Under the pieces are notes generated by a model. That model was not told the DNA's origin. It worked only from the letters and a program-made list of their open reading frames with translations, and ran no database searches. A program made the translations under genes and the position numbers. Positions 26,250 through 39,243 of a stretch of 64,000 bases of DNA are shown here, one piece after another (position 1 is the first letter of the stretch; each line of letters opens with the position of its first letter). The stretch comes from Mobula hypostoma (taxonomy: Eukaryota), in contig NC_086097.1 in NCBI RefSeq assembly GCF_963921235.1, positions 165,232,001 through 165,296,000 on the forward strand, given 5' to 3'.

Positions 26250-28030
26250 AGATGGATGTCTTTCTACCGTGAGTGCTTCAAGTCAAAATCCAAATTAACC
26301 CGTGCAGGAAATGATGTAAAACAAATTATATTTATACAAGATGAATTTATACAGATATATTTATACAAGATGAACTGTATAAAAAAGGAACAGAGCCTCT
26401 AGAGGCAGAATACCCCCCTGCCTGACTATACAATGTCAAACTTAACTACTGAAACTAAAAGTCAAATGACTATTTCATTACCCCTGGCAAAAGAATGTAC
26501 AATCTCAGAGGCTAGTCTTGAAGCAGTCTTGCTGAGAGGTCTTTAACTGTTCTTGCTTCGAAAGTGTCATCCTTCATGACATGCTTGTAATGTCTGATGT
26601 GTAGACCAGTGAAATGATGAGTGGGGTGCCTCTGAAGTGAGTTGTACTCTCTTAATATGTCCTCAAACTCACTGTAGCCCATCAGAGCCAAGAAAGGGGA
26701 AAGAGTTCACTGAGATAACTTTGAATGCAGAGAGATTGTACTGCTCACCTGCCTTATGTGTCTGCCAAGCAACAGGAGAATCTCAGCAGAAGAGCTGAAG
26801 TGGGAGAATCTTGTCAGCTCTGTTCTTAAGATGTGAATGATTGCATGCATCTTCAGGAGCTGTGATTTCATCCCTGGTGTTGGGAATATGGTCACACTCA
26901 ATGAGGGTTGGCAGGGATAATCAGATCTCCCCTCCTATTGACTTCACAACAAGTCCTCTGACTCTGCTTCCCACAACTTCTGATATTGCAGAACATGTCA
27001 TTAGAGTGAACATGTTCTGCTGCAGGTGTGCTAGAACCAGTCTCCCAGGGTGCTAGCCCAGAACTTATAGCTGTATCTGTGTCTAATTCTTAGGTGTAAG
27101 ATGGTTGTGAGCTCAGTTTCCTGGAGAGCACTGGTGCTTACTGCACCACTATTATGTGTCTATCTCTGTTCTGAAATATATTGTTACTGCTTCTCCAGTT
27201 CTCCTTGCTATTATCATCGGATTCTCCACCACTTTCCAGATGACTGTCTCGTCCACATCTGGACTGACTCTGCCTCGTCTTTCCTGGCAAGTCTCAGCAT
27301 CTCACTCAAACTGTTGTCCAATTGGTGATTTATCACCACAGCCTCGTGCAGCAAGTGAGGGCTGTGCATTTGGTTCTGCAGTAGCTTCTGTTAAGAGGCA
27401 AGCCACTGACGCAATTAGAGCATTTTGTGTGCTCTGTTTAAGTGACCTTGGAAACTTCTCACTTTCTACCTTAAATAAGGATTCATCTTTCTTTAGATTT
27501 GAATCTGAAGCAGAGGATGCAAATTCAGGAGGAGGACTGGGTAAAACAGTGGTATGAAGCATAACAGGAAGCTGGTTCCTTTGTTGATATGATGTCACCC
27601 TCTGTTGAGCAACCATGTCATATTAGAGGGCTTGCACCAATGGTCAGTTCTTCAGTCACCATCCCAGAGAGACGACCACTCCTGTCTAAGTTAGCTGCTA
27701 CTTCATGCGCTTTTGTCTCTGCTAAAACAGCTTCAACTTTGTGCTCCTCCTTGAGTGCAAGGTAGCCGCTACACAAGCTTTCTCCATGTCTTTGAGCTTT
27801 TTCCATCAGTATTTCAACTTTGTGCTTAGCATACACTGCTTTCATTCTTCCTGCTTCAGCTCTGGCAGGCTTGTGCTGCAGCTTTGGTACTTGTTTTGCT
27901 TGAGTGTCACAAAGACGCTATCAACGCGCCTCATTCTGACCTGATTTCCAGGGCTCAACAATCGACATTGCTGGGTTCAGAAGCTGACATTATAGCGTAG
28001 TGTTCAGATGAGTCTCCAGCCTGCAGGCTA
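26250..28030 (-). mobile_element. Heavily deleted BEL/Pao LTR retrotransposon remnant
   Basis: Ala/Lys-rich gag-like N-terminus (RAEAGRMKAVYAK...) and a SAEILLLLGR motif typical of the BEL region after the protease. Confidence 0.5.
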
Positions 28031-28089
28031 TACCATTGAAGACAATTTATCTTTTCACTTGGTTTGATCAAGGCATCGTGCAGATAAAA

Positions 28090-28428
28090 AGATTTTTCTT
28101 GAGAAGATCAGGTTCTGTCAGTAACCTGACTTTGTGTGACTTTCTTTATATAGGGCAGGGCAGCTCTTCAATCTTATCTCATTGATTGGAACACCTGACT
28201 CCAAATAGCTTTTGTAGAAGGCATTACCCCAGAGGTTCACATACTTTTTCCAGCAAATACACATAATATTGGACCATTTTTCTCAATAACTAATTGAACA
28301 AGTATAATGTTTTTGTGTTCTCTTTATCTAGCTTTAGGACTTGCATGAAGATGTGATCACATTTTAGGTCATATTTTTGCAGAAATAGAGAAAATTCTAC
28401 ATGGTTCACAGACTTTCTGGCACCACTG
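28090..28428. mobile_element. Tc1 terminal fragment
   Basis: Ends ...ttcacagactttctggcaccactg-TA, similar to the inverse of the 20437 terminus. Confidence 0.65.
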
Positions 28429-28550
28429 TATGCACTGTTTGATAATAAATTTACTATGAACTTTGGAAGAGACTTACCATAGGATTGCCTGGATTAGAGT
28501 GCATTAGCTAGAAGGAGAAGATGGGCAAACTTGTAGTGTTTTCTCTAGAC

Positions 28551-28587
28551 CAGGGGTCCACGGCATAAAAAAAGGTTGGGACCCTTG
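28551..28587. mobile_element. 37-bp minimal hAT (Charlie-like) MITE inside a CR1 fragment
   Basis: TIRs caggggtcc / ggacccttg. Degenerate 8-bp TSD ctctagac / ctttaaac. The same terminus occurs at 41738. Confidence 0.55.
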
Positions 28588-29401
28588 CTTTAAACCATCA
28601 GAAGTTGAGGGATGACCTGATGGGTATATAAAATGCTGAGAGGAATGCACAGAAATATTTTCTGGTGTTTTAATGTCAATGATCGTTGCTTTACTGCTGC
28701 TTACATGCGGGAGAGAGGGGAGCTGGGGGGGTGGATTTTGGTGCTCTAACATTTAACTTATTATTTGGGGCCATTCCTCTGTTTTTTGTGGATGTTTGTG
28801 AAGAAAAAGCATTTCAGGATGTATTTTGTATACATTTCTCTGACATTAAATGTACCTTTGACATACAAAAGGACATTGATTTAAGGTGAGAGGGAGAAAA
28901 TTTTTTTTGTGAGCAATTTTTTTTTCACCATGTTAAGTGCCTGGAATGCACTGCCAGAGAGATAAATGAAAGCAGATACAATAGCAACAAGGTATTTAGT
29001 TAGATAGATTAATAGGCAGGGGGTGGAGGGGCATACTATGTGCAGTCAAATGGGATTAGTTCAAAGTGGCATCATGATGGGCCAAAAGACCTTTTCTTCT
29101 ATGGAACAGTTTTTTTCTGATGGGTTTCTGCAAGTCTGTTACACACCACAGCCATAAACTTGAAAATCCTCATCACTTTGTTTTTTTCGTTTTGGACAGT
29201 AAGTTTTTTTCAGGAATGTAGTAAATAATTTCAGAAGCATTCCTGTACATCCAGCATATGTTTTGTCTGTCACATGACTCACTTGGAAGAGTCTTTTTCA
29301 AAAGAAAGAAAAACTTTACAACCAATATTTTGACAGCCACAAAATTGGCTTGACTGCAACTTTGATGTTTTTCATCATTTATGTGGAAGAGTTGATCTTA
29401 T

Positions 29402-30525
29402 AGGAAGAGGTACAGTCGACGTTTCGGGCCGAGACCCTTAGTCAGGACTAACTGAAAGAAGAGCTAGTAAGAGATTTGAGAGGGGGAGGGGGAGATCCGA
29501 AATGATAGGAGAAGACAAGAGGGGAAGGGATGGAGCTAGGAGCTAGAAAGTTGATTTAGCAAAAGGGATATGAGAGGATCATGGGACAGGAGGTCCAGGG
29601 AGAAAGAAAAGGGGGAGGGGGGGAAAACCCAGAGGATGGGCAAGGGGTATAGTGAGAGGGACAGAGGGAGAAAAAGGAGAGAGAGAAAAAGAATGTGTGT
29701 ATATATAAATAACGGATGGGGTACGAGGGGGAGGTGGGGCATTAGCGGAAGTTAGAGAAGTCAATGTTCATGCCATCAGGTTGGAGGCTACCCAGACGGA
29801 ATATAAGGTGTTGTTCCTCCAACCCGAATGCGGCTTCATCTTTACAGTAGAGGAGCCTGTGGATAGACATATCAGAATGGGAATGGGACGTGGAATTAAA
29901 ATGTGTGGCCACTGGGAGATCCTGCTTTCTCTGGCAGACAGAGTGTACACCTATGTCCCATTCCCATTCCATTCTGATATGTCTATCCACGGCCTCCTCT
30001 ACTGTAAAGTTGAAGCCACACTCAGGTTGGAGGAACAACATCTTATATTCCACCTGGATAGCCTCCAACCTGATGGCATGATCAAACTTCCGCTAATGCC
30101 CCACCTCCCCCTCGTACCCCATCCGTTATTTATTTATATATACACACATTCTTTTTCTCTCTCTCCTTTTTCTCCCTCTGCCCCTCTCACTATACCCCTT
30201 GCCCATCCTCTGGGCTTCCCCCCTCCCCCTTTTCTTTCTCCCTAGGCCTCCTGTCCCATGATCCTCTCATATCCCTTTTGCCAATCAACTGTCCAGCTCT
30301 TGGCTTCATCCCTCCCCCTCCTGTCTTCTCCCATCATTTTGGATCTCTCCCCCCCCCCCACTTTCAAATCTCTTACTAGCTTTTCTTTGTTAGTCCTGAC
30401 GAAGGGTCTCGGCCCAAAACGTCGACTGTACCTCTTCCTAGAGATGCTGCCTGGCCTGCTGCATTCACCAGCAACTTTTATGTGTGTTGCTTGAATTTCC
30501 AGCATCTGCAGATTTCCTCGTGTTT
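29402..30525. mobile_element. Penelope-like element with long inverted arms that include the end of the GIY-YIG endonuclease
   Basis: Arms meet at ~29950. Encoded C-terminus HSVCQRKQDLPVATHFNSTSHSHSDMSI...EEQHLIFRLGSLQPDGMNIDFSNFR. TSD gagttgat(c/t)ttat at 29389-401 and 30526-38. Confidence 0.9.
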
Positions 30526-32109
30526 GAGTTGATTTTATGTTTGCTTTTACGTAGAAGGGCTTGCCCCAGTTGCTTTTTTGTGTGTGGATAAGTGGGTTGG
30601 TATCCACAGGTAATTCCTTAAATACCTGACAAAGGAACTGAGCATATCAATTTAAAATTGAGCATTGTTTTGAAAGCATTACAGGAAAAGATGGTGGAAC
30701 TGAATTTCACAGCAATTTTTAAGATTTGAGCAGGTACCTGGGAAGGATTGATTTCTAGAGTAATGAAGAAAGCTCGTTGTCTGTGAACCTTTGGGAATGC
30801 AGGCAGCTCTTTCAAAGAAGTATGATTTTTGTTGCATCTGATCATGACTTTGTTTCCCTCTTTTGCCCCTGTTGCTGCTAATTCACCAATCTGCAGGATC
30901 TGCTTAACATTAAACTTCATACAACATAATCAGAATTTCACATATGTTACTTATTCTGCCATTTCTTCAATCAAGTGCCACACCTACCAAAATATATGTG
31001 CATAGTTTGTAATTTTGCTGATAAAATGGACTCTGCTGCTAGAAAGTTCTGAGGCAGCATTCTTATCCTTACAATTGGTAACTGAGCTCGTACTAAAGAA
31101 CACAGCCACTCTGCCATCTGGAAGCATGTTCTGCCAGTATCAAACAAATATGAAAAATGTATTCATCTAGGAAAAATGGAATTCCTCTTGCAGAAAGTCC
31201 TGAGATCAGGCAGCTCGTGTTTGTGCCCCATATAAATCAATATGTCATGTTGTGGCAGGAAAAAAATTTGAGTATTGTTTTGAACTTACAGAATTTTCTC
31301 AGTATGCAATTTGTTTTGTGCTAGAGTTGCATTTGTCTGATTTAGCAATGTGTGTGCTATATAAACAAAAGAAAATGGAAAATGCTTATGTAGCAACATG
31401 AACCAAGAAAACTTCCTCTGCTATTCATTTAGAGTATAGGATTGTAACCACTACAACAAGATTTATTCTAAAGCTAATGTTTTTCAGATATGCAAATAGG
31501 CAGTGCATGTAAGTTGACTTGTTTTCGAAGTAATGTTGCAAGACATAGCCAATATACAACCTTTTGATTGTATATTTTCCATGAGATTAACAGGCCACCT
31601 TAGACGAAGTACTTGAGTAAAGCTATCATGACTAAGATAATCTGAACAAAAGACTGGCGTCATTGACAAGTCCAATTTTCAAAGTAAACCTAATTTCTGT
31701 ATTTTCAAAATAATTTTTAGAGGTGCTATATTATTTTTTATTATTATTGTTAATACTACTCTACCTGCTCACCCAAAGTTACTTTATTAATAGACAAATC
31801 AGATTTTTCTATCCCACAATCCTATTTATTACACACCAGCATGGTGAGCCAGCATGGCCTTTGTGCAGGGCAGGTGTTATCTTACTAACTTAATGGAGCT
31901 TTTTGACAAGGTAACAAGAGAGGTTGGGCAGTGAGGGCAAAGTAGGGCAGTGGATTTTGTCTACATGGATTTTAGTAAAGCATTTGACAAAGTCCCTCAT
32001 GGGAGGCTAACACAGAAGATTAAGATGCTTGGGGTCCATGGTGAATTTACTGTTAGGATTCAGAACTGGCTTGCGCATAGAAGAAAGAGGGTAGTGGTTG
32101 AAGGGAGTT

Positions 32110-34895
32110 AAGATCATAAGTCATAGGAGCAGAATTAGGCCACTTAGCCCATCGAGTCTGCTCCACTATTTAATTGTGACTGATCCTTTTTTTTCCCCTT
32201 CTCAACCCCATTTCCTGGCCTTCTCCCCATAACCTTTGCCGTGTCCAATCAAGAATCTATCGATCTTTGCCTTAAATACACTAAATGACCTGGCCTCCAC
32301 AGCTGCACTTGGCAACAAATTCCACAAATTCACCACCCTCTGGCTAAACAAATTTCTCTGCATTTCTGTTTTGAATGGACACCGAAAAGTTTCAATGAGA
32401 TCCCCCCCCCCATCCTTCTAAATTCCAGCAAGTACAGACCCAGAACCATCAAACGTTCGTCATATGATAACCCTTTCATTCCTGGAAGCATCCTTGTGAA
32501 CCTCCTCTGGCCCCTCTCCAATGCCAGCAAATCTCTTCTAAGATGAGGAGCCCAAAACTGTACACAACACTCAAGGTGAGGGCTCACTTTATAAAGCCTC
32601 AGCATAACATCCTTGCTCTTGTATTCTAGATCACTTGAAATGAATGCTAACATTGCATTTGCCTTCCTCACCACTAGTTCAACCTGCAAGTTAACCTTTA
32701 GGGTATTCTGCACAAGGACTTACAAGTCCCTTTGCATCTCAGATTTTTGGATTTTCTCCCCGTGCAGAAAATAGTCTGCACATTTATTTCTACTACCGAA
32801 GTGCATGACCGTGCATTTTCCAACATTATATTTCATTTGCCATTTTCGTGCCCATTCTGATCTGTCTAAGTCCTGGCAACAAAGCCATCTATTTCATCAT
32901 CTAAATCATCGATATACAGCATAAAAAGAAGTGATCCCAGCACCAACCCCACTAGTCACTGGCAGCCAACCAGACAAGGATCCTTTTATTTCCACTTGCT
33001 GCCTCCTACCAATCAGCCAATGCTCTAACCTTACCAGTCACTTTCCTGTAATACTATGGGCTCTTAACTTGGTAAGCAGCCTCATGTGTGGCACCTTGTG
33101 AAAGGCCTTCTGAAAGTCCAAATATACAACATCCGCTGCATCCCCTTTATCTATCCTACTTGTAATCTCCTCAAAGAATTCCAACAGGTTCATCAGGCAG
33201 GGTTTTCCCTGAAGGAACTAAAGGGAACCATGCTGACTTTGTACTATCTTGTCCTGTGTCACCAAGTACTCCAACACTTCATCTGGAACAGTTGACTCCA
33301 ACATCTTCCCAACCGCTGAGGTCTATAATTTCCTTTCTGCTGCCTTCCTCCTTTCTTAAAGAGTGGAGTGATATTTTTGCACTTTTCCAGTCCTCTGCTA
33401 CCAAGCCAGAGCCTAATAATTTTTGAAAGATCATTTCTAATGTTGCCACAATCTCTAATGCTACTTCTTTCAGAACTCTAAGGTGCAGTTCTTCTGGTCT
33501 GGGTAACTTATGTACTTTCAGATCTTTCAGCGTTTTGAGCACCTTCTCCCTTGTAACAGTAACTGCACCCACTTCTCTTCCTTCACACACTACAACATCT
33601 GACACACTGCTAGTGTCTTCCACAATGAAGACTGATGCAAAATGTTCATTTAGTTCATCTGCCATCTCCTTGTCCCCCATTATTATTTATGCTGCCTCAT
33701 TTTCTAGCGGCCCTTTATCCACTTTTTTATTTTTTTACATACTTGAAAAAGCTTTTACTATCCACTTTGATATTATTTGCTAGCTTGCTTTCATATTTCA
33801 TCTTTTCCCTTCTAATGATTCTTTTAGTTGCTCTGTAGGTTTTTAAAAAGTTCCCAATCCTCTATCTTACCACTAATTTTTGCTTTGTTGTATGTTCTTT
33901 CTTTTGTTTTTACATTGGCTTTGACTGCCCTTGTCAGCCACCGTTGTACTATTTTGCCATTGGAGTATTTTTTTCATTTTTGGAATGCACATGTTCTGCA
34001 CCTTCCTCATTTTTCCCCAGAAATGCACGCCATTGCTGCCCTGCTGACATCCCTGATAGCAGCTCCTCCCAATTTACTTCGGCCAACTCCTCTCTCATAC
34101 TACTGTAATTTTCCTTACTCCACTGAAATACTGCTATGTCAGACTTTACTTTCTCCCTATCAAATTTCAAGTTGAAGTTCATATTGTAATCACTGGTTTT
34201 TAAGGGTTCTTTTACCTTAAGCTCCCTAATCGCCTCCAGTTCGTTACATAACACCCAATCCAGTATAGTTGATCCCTTAGTAGGCTCAATGACAAACTGC
34301 TCTAAAAAGCCATCTCTTAACCATTCAACAAACTCACTCTCTTGAGATCCATTACCAACCTGATTTTCCCAATTTGATCTGATTTGATCTGCATGTTAAA
34401 ATCTCCCAACACTATCATAACATTGCCCTTTTGACGTGCCTTTTCTATTTCCTGTTGGGAAGGCTGTGTATAACTGCCATCAGGGTCCTTTTACCCTTGC
34501 AGTTTCTTAACAAGGATTCAACATCTTCCGAACCTATGTCACATCTTTCTATTGATTTTGATGTCATTCTTTATCAGTAGAGCGACGCCTCCCCTTCTGT
34601 CTACCTTGTTATCCCTCCGATAAGACGTAACCTTGGACATTCAGCTCCCAACTACAACCATCCTTCAGCCATGATTCAGTGATGGCCACAACATCATCCT
34701 GGCAATCTGTAATAGTGCAACAAAATCATCTACCTTATTTCTTACACTGTCCGCATTGTGATACAATACCTTGAGATACTGTATTTGTTACCCTTTTTGA
34801 TTTTGCATTGCTGATGTACTGATACTCACCCTGTTGACTGCGACTTTCTCCCATCATCTGCCCGCCCTTCCTGACAGTCTGACTGCACGCCATCT
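32110..34895 (-). mobile_element. CR1 LINE (most of ORF2 plus 3' tail), inserted in an older + strand CR1 (31840-32109, resuming ~34900)
   Basis: APE and RT motifs with many disruptions, and a CR1 3' stem-loop/tail at ~32110-32160. The host CR1 reads through the junction (gaagggagtta|ctcgagctgg). Confidence 0.9.
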
Positions 34896-35199
34896 TTACC
34901 TACTCGAGCTGGAGATCTGTAATTAGTGGTGTTCCGCAGGGATTTGTACTGGGGCCTTTGCTGTTTGTGCTGTATATAAATGACCTGGGTGAAAATGTTT
35001 CCAAGTGCATCTTTCTGCCAAGAGCCATTGCATTTTTTTTTCTCATTTCAGATCTCCAGGAACACTGATGGGGGGGGGCGGGGTTCAGAGTAAATTAGGA
35101 AATTGAGTTGTATTTGTGTCTTTAAAAAGAAAATGCTTCCAGAGAGGTTAGTGATCCTGGAAACGGCCTTGAAGGAGGCAAGACATGAGATTGCTGGGG

Positions 35200-36560
35200 C
35201 TTTGAAATGTCCTCTCTAGGTGTAGACAAGGGTCCTGAGGACTGGTGAGTGGCTAACGTTATACCTCTATTTAAGAAGGGAACAATGGAACGTCCTAGGA
35301 TGGCGAATCTCTCGTCAGTTGTAGGGAAGATGCTGGAGAAAATTAGGGATAGGATATATGAGCATTTGGAAACCCGTGGCCTAATTGGGGAGAGCCAGCA
35401 TGGCTTTGTGTGACCAGGTCGTGTCTTAACAACTTGATTGATTGTTTTGACAAGGTGACGAGAGGTTGATGAAGGTAGGGCAATGGATGTGTCTGCATGG
35501 ATTTTAGTAAGGCATTTGACAAAGCTCCTCATGGAAGGCTAATCCAGAAGATTAAGATGCTTGGGGTCTGCAGCAAATTGTCTGTTTTCATTCAAAACTG
35601 GCTTGCATATAGAAGACACAGGGTAGTGGTTGAAGGGAGTTATTTGACCTGGAGGTCTGTAATTAGTGGTATGGCGATATAGGCAAATACATTAGAAGCT
35701 TTTAAGAGTTGTTCAGATAGGCATATGAATGTGAGGAAGATTGAGGGATTTGGACATTGTGTAAGTAGGAGAGATTGGTGTTTGGGTGTTTTGATTTGCA
35801 TTTCAACTGGTTCGGCACAACATTGTGGGCTGAAGGGCATGTTGCTGTGCTGTTCTATGTTCTGAATCCCCAAGAGCTTTATAACCTCCATCCCAGAGTT
35901 GCTAAAGAAATAATGGATCTTCAGGGAATGATTGTTATCAACTTAGAGAATTCTTTTTTTCTCTGCATACTGGAAAATGGCAAGTGTGACACCTCAGTTT
36001 AAGAAATGGAATGAGAAAGGAGCCAGAGCACTTTTGACATGTAGACCTATGGCAGTAGTTCGAAAAAAAAAATTGTGGAATTTATATAATGAAATTGATA
36101 TCCAGGTGAGTAAGTATGAGTATATTGAAGGAAAATCTTGTTTGACTGTTCCATTGGGATTCTTTGAGGATGTGTATCTAGTAAAGAAGATGGGTTGGAG
36201 GCAGTGAATATATTCTATTTAAATTTGCAGAAGACCTTTTACTGAAATCTCACATTGGAGGTTGCTGAACAAGATTGGGTCATATGGATTTGGGAGTAAT
36301 CACTGTGGATTAAGAGTTGATTAACTGATATATAACTGGGAATAAACGGATCCATCTAGAGTTCACAAGTAACAAGCACTGCACAGTAACATCTGTGTTC
36401 AGGGCTCCATCGGTTTGTAGTTTATGTCAGCAATTTCTCTCAGAGGACTAAGTCTAACACTTCCAAAATTATTGTTGACATAAAATTTAAGTGGGAATGT
36501 GAACAGTGGCAAAGGTGCAAAGAGGCCTCAGAAGTTATTAACAAGAATGAGTGGGGAGCA
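35200..36560 (+). mobile_element. Cluster of old CR1 fragments
   Basis: DFSKAFDKAPHGRLIQK and related motifs. Confidence 0.7.
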
Positions 36561-36764
36561 ACATGCAGGTAAAGTATGTTGTGAAAAGATGATTAGCTGT
36601 CTGTGTCACATGTACTTCAAAACAGTGAAATGTATTGTTTTTGTCATTTTTTTATTTTGTGGAGCAGTCTACGAGGATCGCCATGCTTCTGGCACCAACA
36701 TAGTATGCCCACAACTCCCTAATCCTAATTGTACATCTTTGGACTGTGGGAGGAAACCAGAACA

Positions 36765-36998
36765 CCTGGAGGAACTCGGCAGGCTGGGCAGCATCTATGG
36801 AAATGAGTAAACAGTCAACATTTCGGGCTGAGACTCTTTGTCAGGATTAGAAAAATAATATTCTTTTTTCCCCCAGTCCTGCTGAAGGGCCTCAGCCCAA
36901 AACGTCAAGTATACTCTTTCCCGTAGATGTTGCCTGGCCTGCTGAGTTTCTCCAGCATTTTGTGTGTGTTGCTTGGATGTCTAGCATCTGCAAATTTT
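36765..36998. mobile_element. Older palindromic Penelope-like insertion inside a SINE
   Basis: Inverted arms carry degenerate hammerhead motifs at ~36813-36848 (-) and ~36875-36910 (+). Confidence 0.65.
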
Positions 36999-38968
36999 TT
37001 GGCACCCAGAGGAAACTCACATGGTTATGGGGAAAAACCTGCAGACTCCTTACAGACAGTGGCAGGAATCGAACTCCGATCAGTAATGACTGGTACTGGG
37101 AAACAACTGCATTTACTACACTACTGTGCCACTTCTAGATGTGGGGTCATCCACTTTGATCAAACAAAAACAACACTGCTGGGATTTTTAAATGATGAAA
37201 GATTTGAAATCAAGTTCACAGAGATCTGGGAGTGCATAATTTACTGAAAACAGAAGAGTAAGTGCATTAGGCAATTGGGAATGATGATTTTATTGCAAGA
37301 TTTTGTAATAATGTTTTACGATTATATAATGTCTTGCTAAGACTTCACTGTGTACTATTTTGGTCATCTTTCCTAAAAACAGATTTCTGTTGTGAAAAGG
37401 AGTTCATTAGATTGGTTCCTGGACTTGAAAATTTAACATAAAAGCACAGCAAGTAGTCAGCAAGAGGAACAACTAACTTTTCATTTCATAGATCAGAACA
37501 GTTGACAAAAGATCTTTGACCTAAACATTTAACTTTTTCCACAAATGCTACCAAACCCTCTGAGTGTTTCAAGCATCTTCAGTTTTATTCTTGGGCTGGT
37601 GGATCTCCTCACCTGGAAAGGGGTAAAGGTAGAATAGGTCTCAGTTATCTAGAATTTAGAAGAATAAAAGTTGATCTATTGAAAGCTGCAACATTTGTGA
37701 AGGATGACTTGACAAAGTGGATGAAAAGGCTGGAAGGGGAAAAATTTCTGCAATATTAGGATGCTGAGTCTTTGGAATTACCTACTCCAGAGGACTTTAA
37801 GCCTCATTCATTGTTTCCGTTATGAACAAAGATCACTAGGTTTCTGGATATTAAGGCTTCAAGGAATTTGAAGGGGCAATTGGGTGTTTGGAAAAGTTAA
37901 ATCACAGGCTTGTATGGCTGAGCAAGCTTGAAGGGTCATGTAGCTCACAGGCACACATCTCATTAAAATTAAATCAGATATTAAGATCTGCCATTCAGTA
38001 ATGAAAACAATTTTTGCACGGCTATTTCTTATTGATTTTAATAAGCTTTCTATATTTGTTAGTCTAACATGGCACTGGATCAGTGTGCTAATTCTCAAGT
38101 ATAAAAACTGGGGAATTAAGAGGAAGCTTGCATTGCCTGGTTGGACTCCATGGAGAATCTGCCAGTACAGCATTGGTGTCCCGGGGCTAACATTAAACTG
38201 AATGTTAGACCGCATTTCATTGCTTGAGTTTTAGTCAGTCTTCGTAGGCTCCCAGGTTCAGCTGCTAGAGGACTAGTTTGGGCAACATGCCAGATCAACT
38301 TTACTCCAGCTCAATGATTCACTATGCTGTTTCCTTTCATATTTGCCCTATAGTGCGAAAGCCTTCACTTGCTGTATGCATGACTGATGTGTTGCTATAT
38401 TTTATCACTGTACATTGCAGATTCTTCCAGCTTTCTTTATCTGGATGATCTTGCCTTGACCCACAACACCACCTCATGAGTCAAGAAGACGTGACATTAT
38501 CCATACTTTCTAAGGAGTTTGAGATCTGCAAGGTTCCCTGCCCTGATTCAAACAACTTTCTACATGAGCACCATTGACAGTGTCTTGTCTGGCTACATCT
38601 TTGTGTAGTACAGAAGCTGCAAGGCATCGAACTATAAGATCCTTCAGAGGATGGTTAAAAATCACTAAGAGGATCACCAGGGTCTCCTCCCCCCACCCCC
38701 CATATTTATGATATTTACCAAAAGCAGTGTATATGAAGGACCCAAAGCATTGTTGAGATCCCTACCACCCATCCCACAAACTCTTTGACCCACTGTCTTC
38801 AGGAAGGAAGTACAGGAGCATTTGGTCTAGGACTGCCGGACTGGGTCACAGCTTCTTCCCTCAGGCTGTAGACTCATGAATACCCTGTCACCACCAAGGT
38901 CTCGTCATTAGGACAGCGAGCGGTTTACCTACACAGCACACTGCATGAACTTCGCATTATATTTTGTT

Positions 38969-39243
38969 GCGCAGACACGAGGAAATCTGCAGGTGCTGGA
39001 AATTCAAGCAACACACACAAAAAGTGCTGGTGAACGCAGCAGGCCAGGCAGTATCTATAGGAAGAGGTACAGTCGACGTTTCGGGCTGAGACCCTTCGTC
39101 AGGACTAACTGAAAGAAGAGATAGTAAGAGATTTGAAAGTGGGAGGGGGAGGAGATCCTGAAACAGCCGGAAACGTCGACTGTACCTCTTCCTATAGATG
39201 CTGCCTGACCTGCTTCATTCACCAGCATTTTTTGTGTGTGTTG
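38969..39243. mobile_element. Palindromic Penelope-like insertion within a Rex1/Babar-type 3' fragment (~38550-39360)
   Basis: 13-bp TSD attatattttgtt at 38956-68 and 39244-56, with inverted arms. Confidence 0.85.
39071..39106 (-). ncRNA. Minimal type I hammerhead ribozyme motif, intact
   Basis: Stem I AGUC/GACU; core CUGACGA; stem II GGGU/GCCC; GAAA; palindromic ACGU in place of stem III; GUC cleavage triplet. Confidence 0.72.

Noticed and set aside
20437..28428. One large composite Tc1 spanning both termini
   Set aside because: The termini are similar but not identical and the intervening sequence is unrelated. Two separate fragments cannot be distinguished from one disrupted copy by eye.
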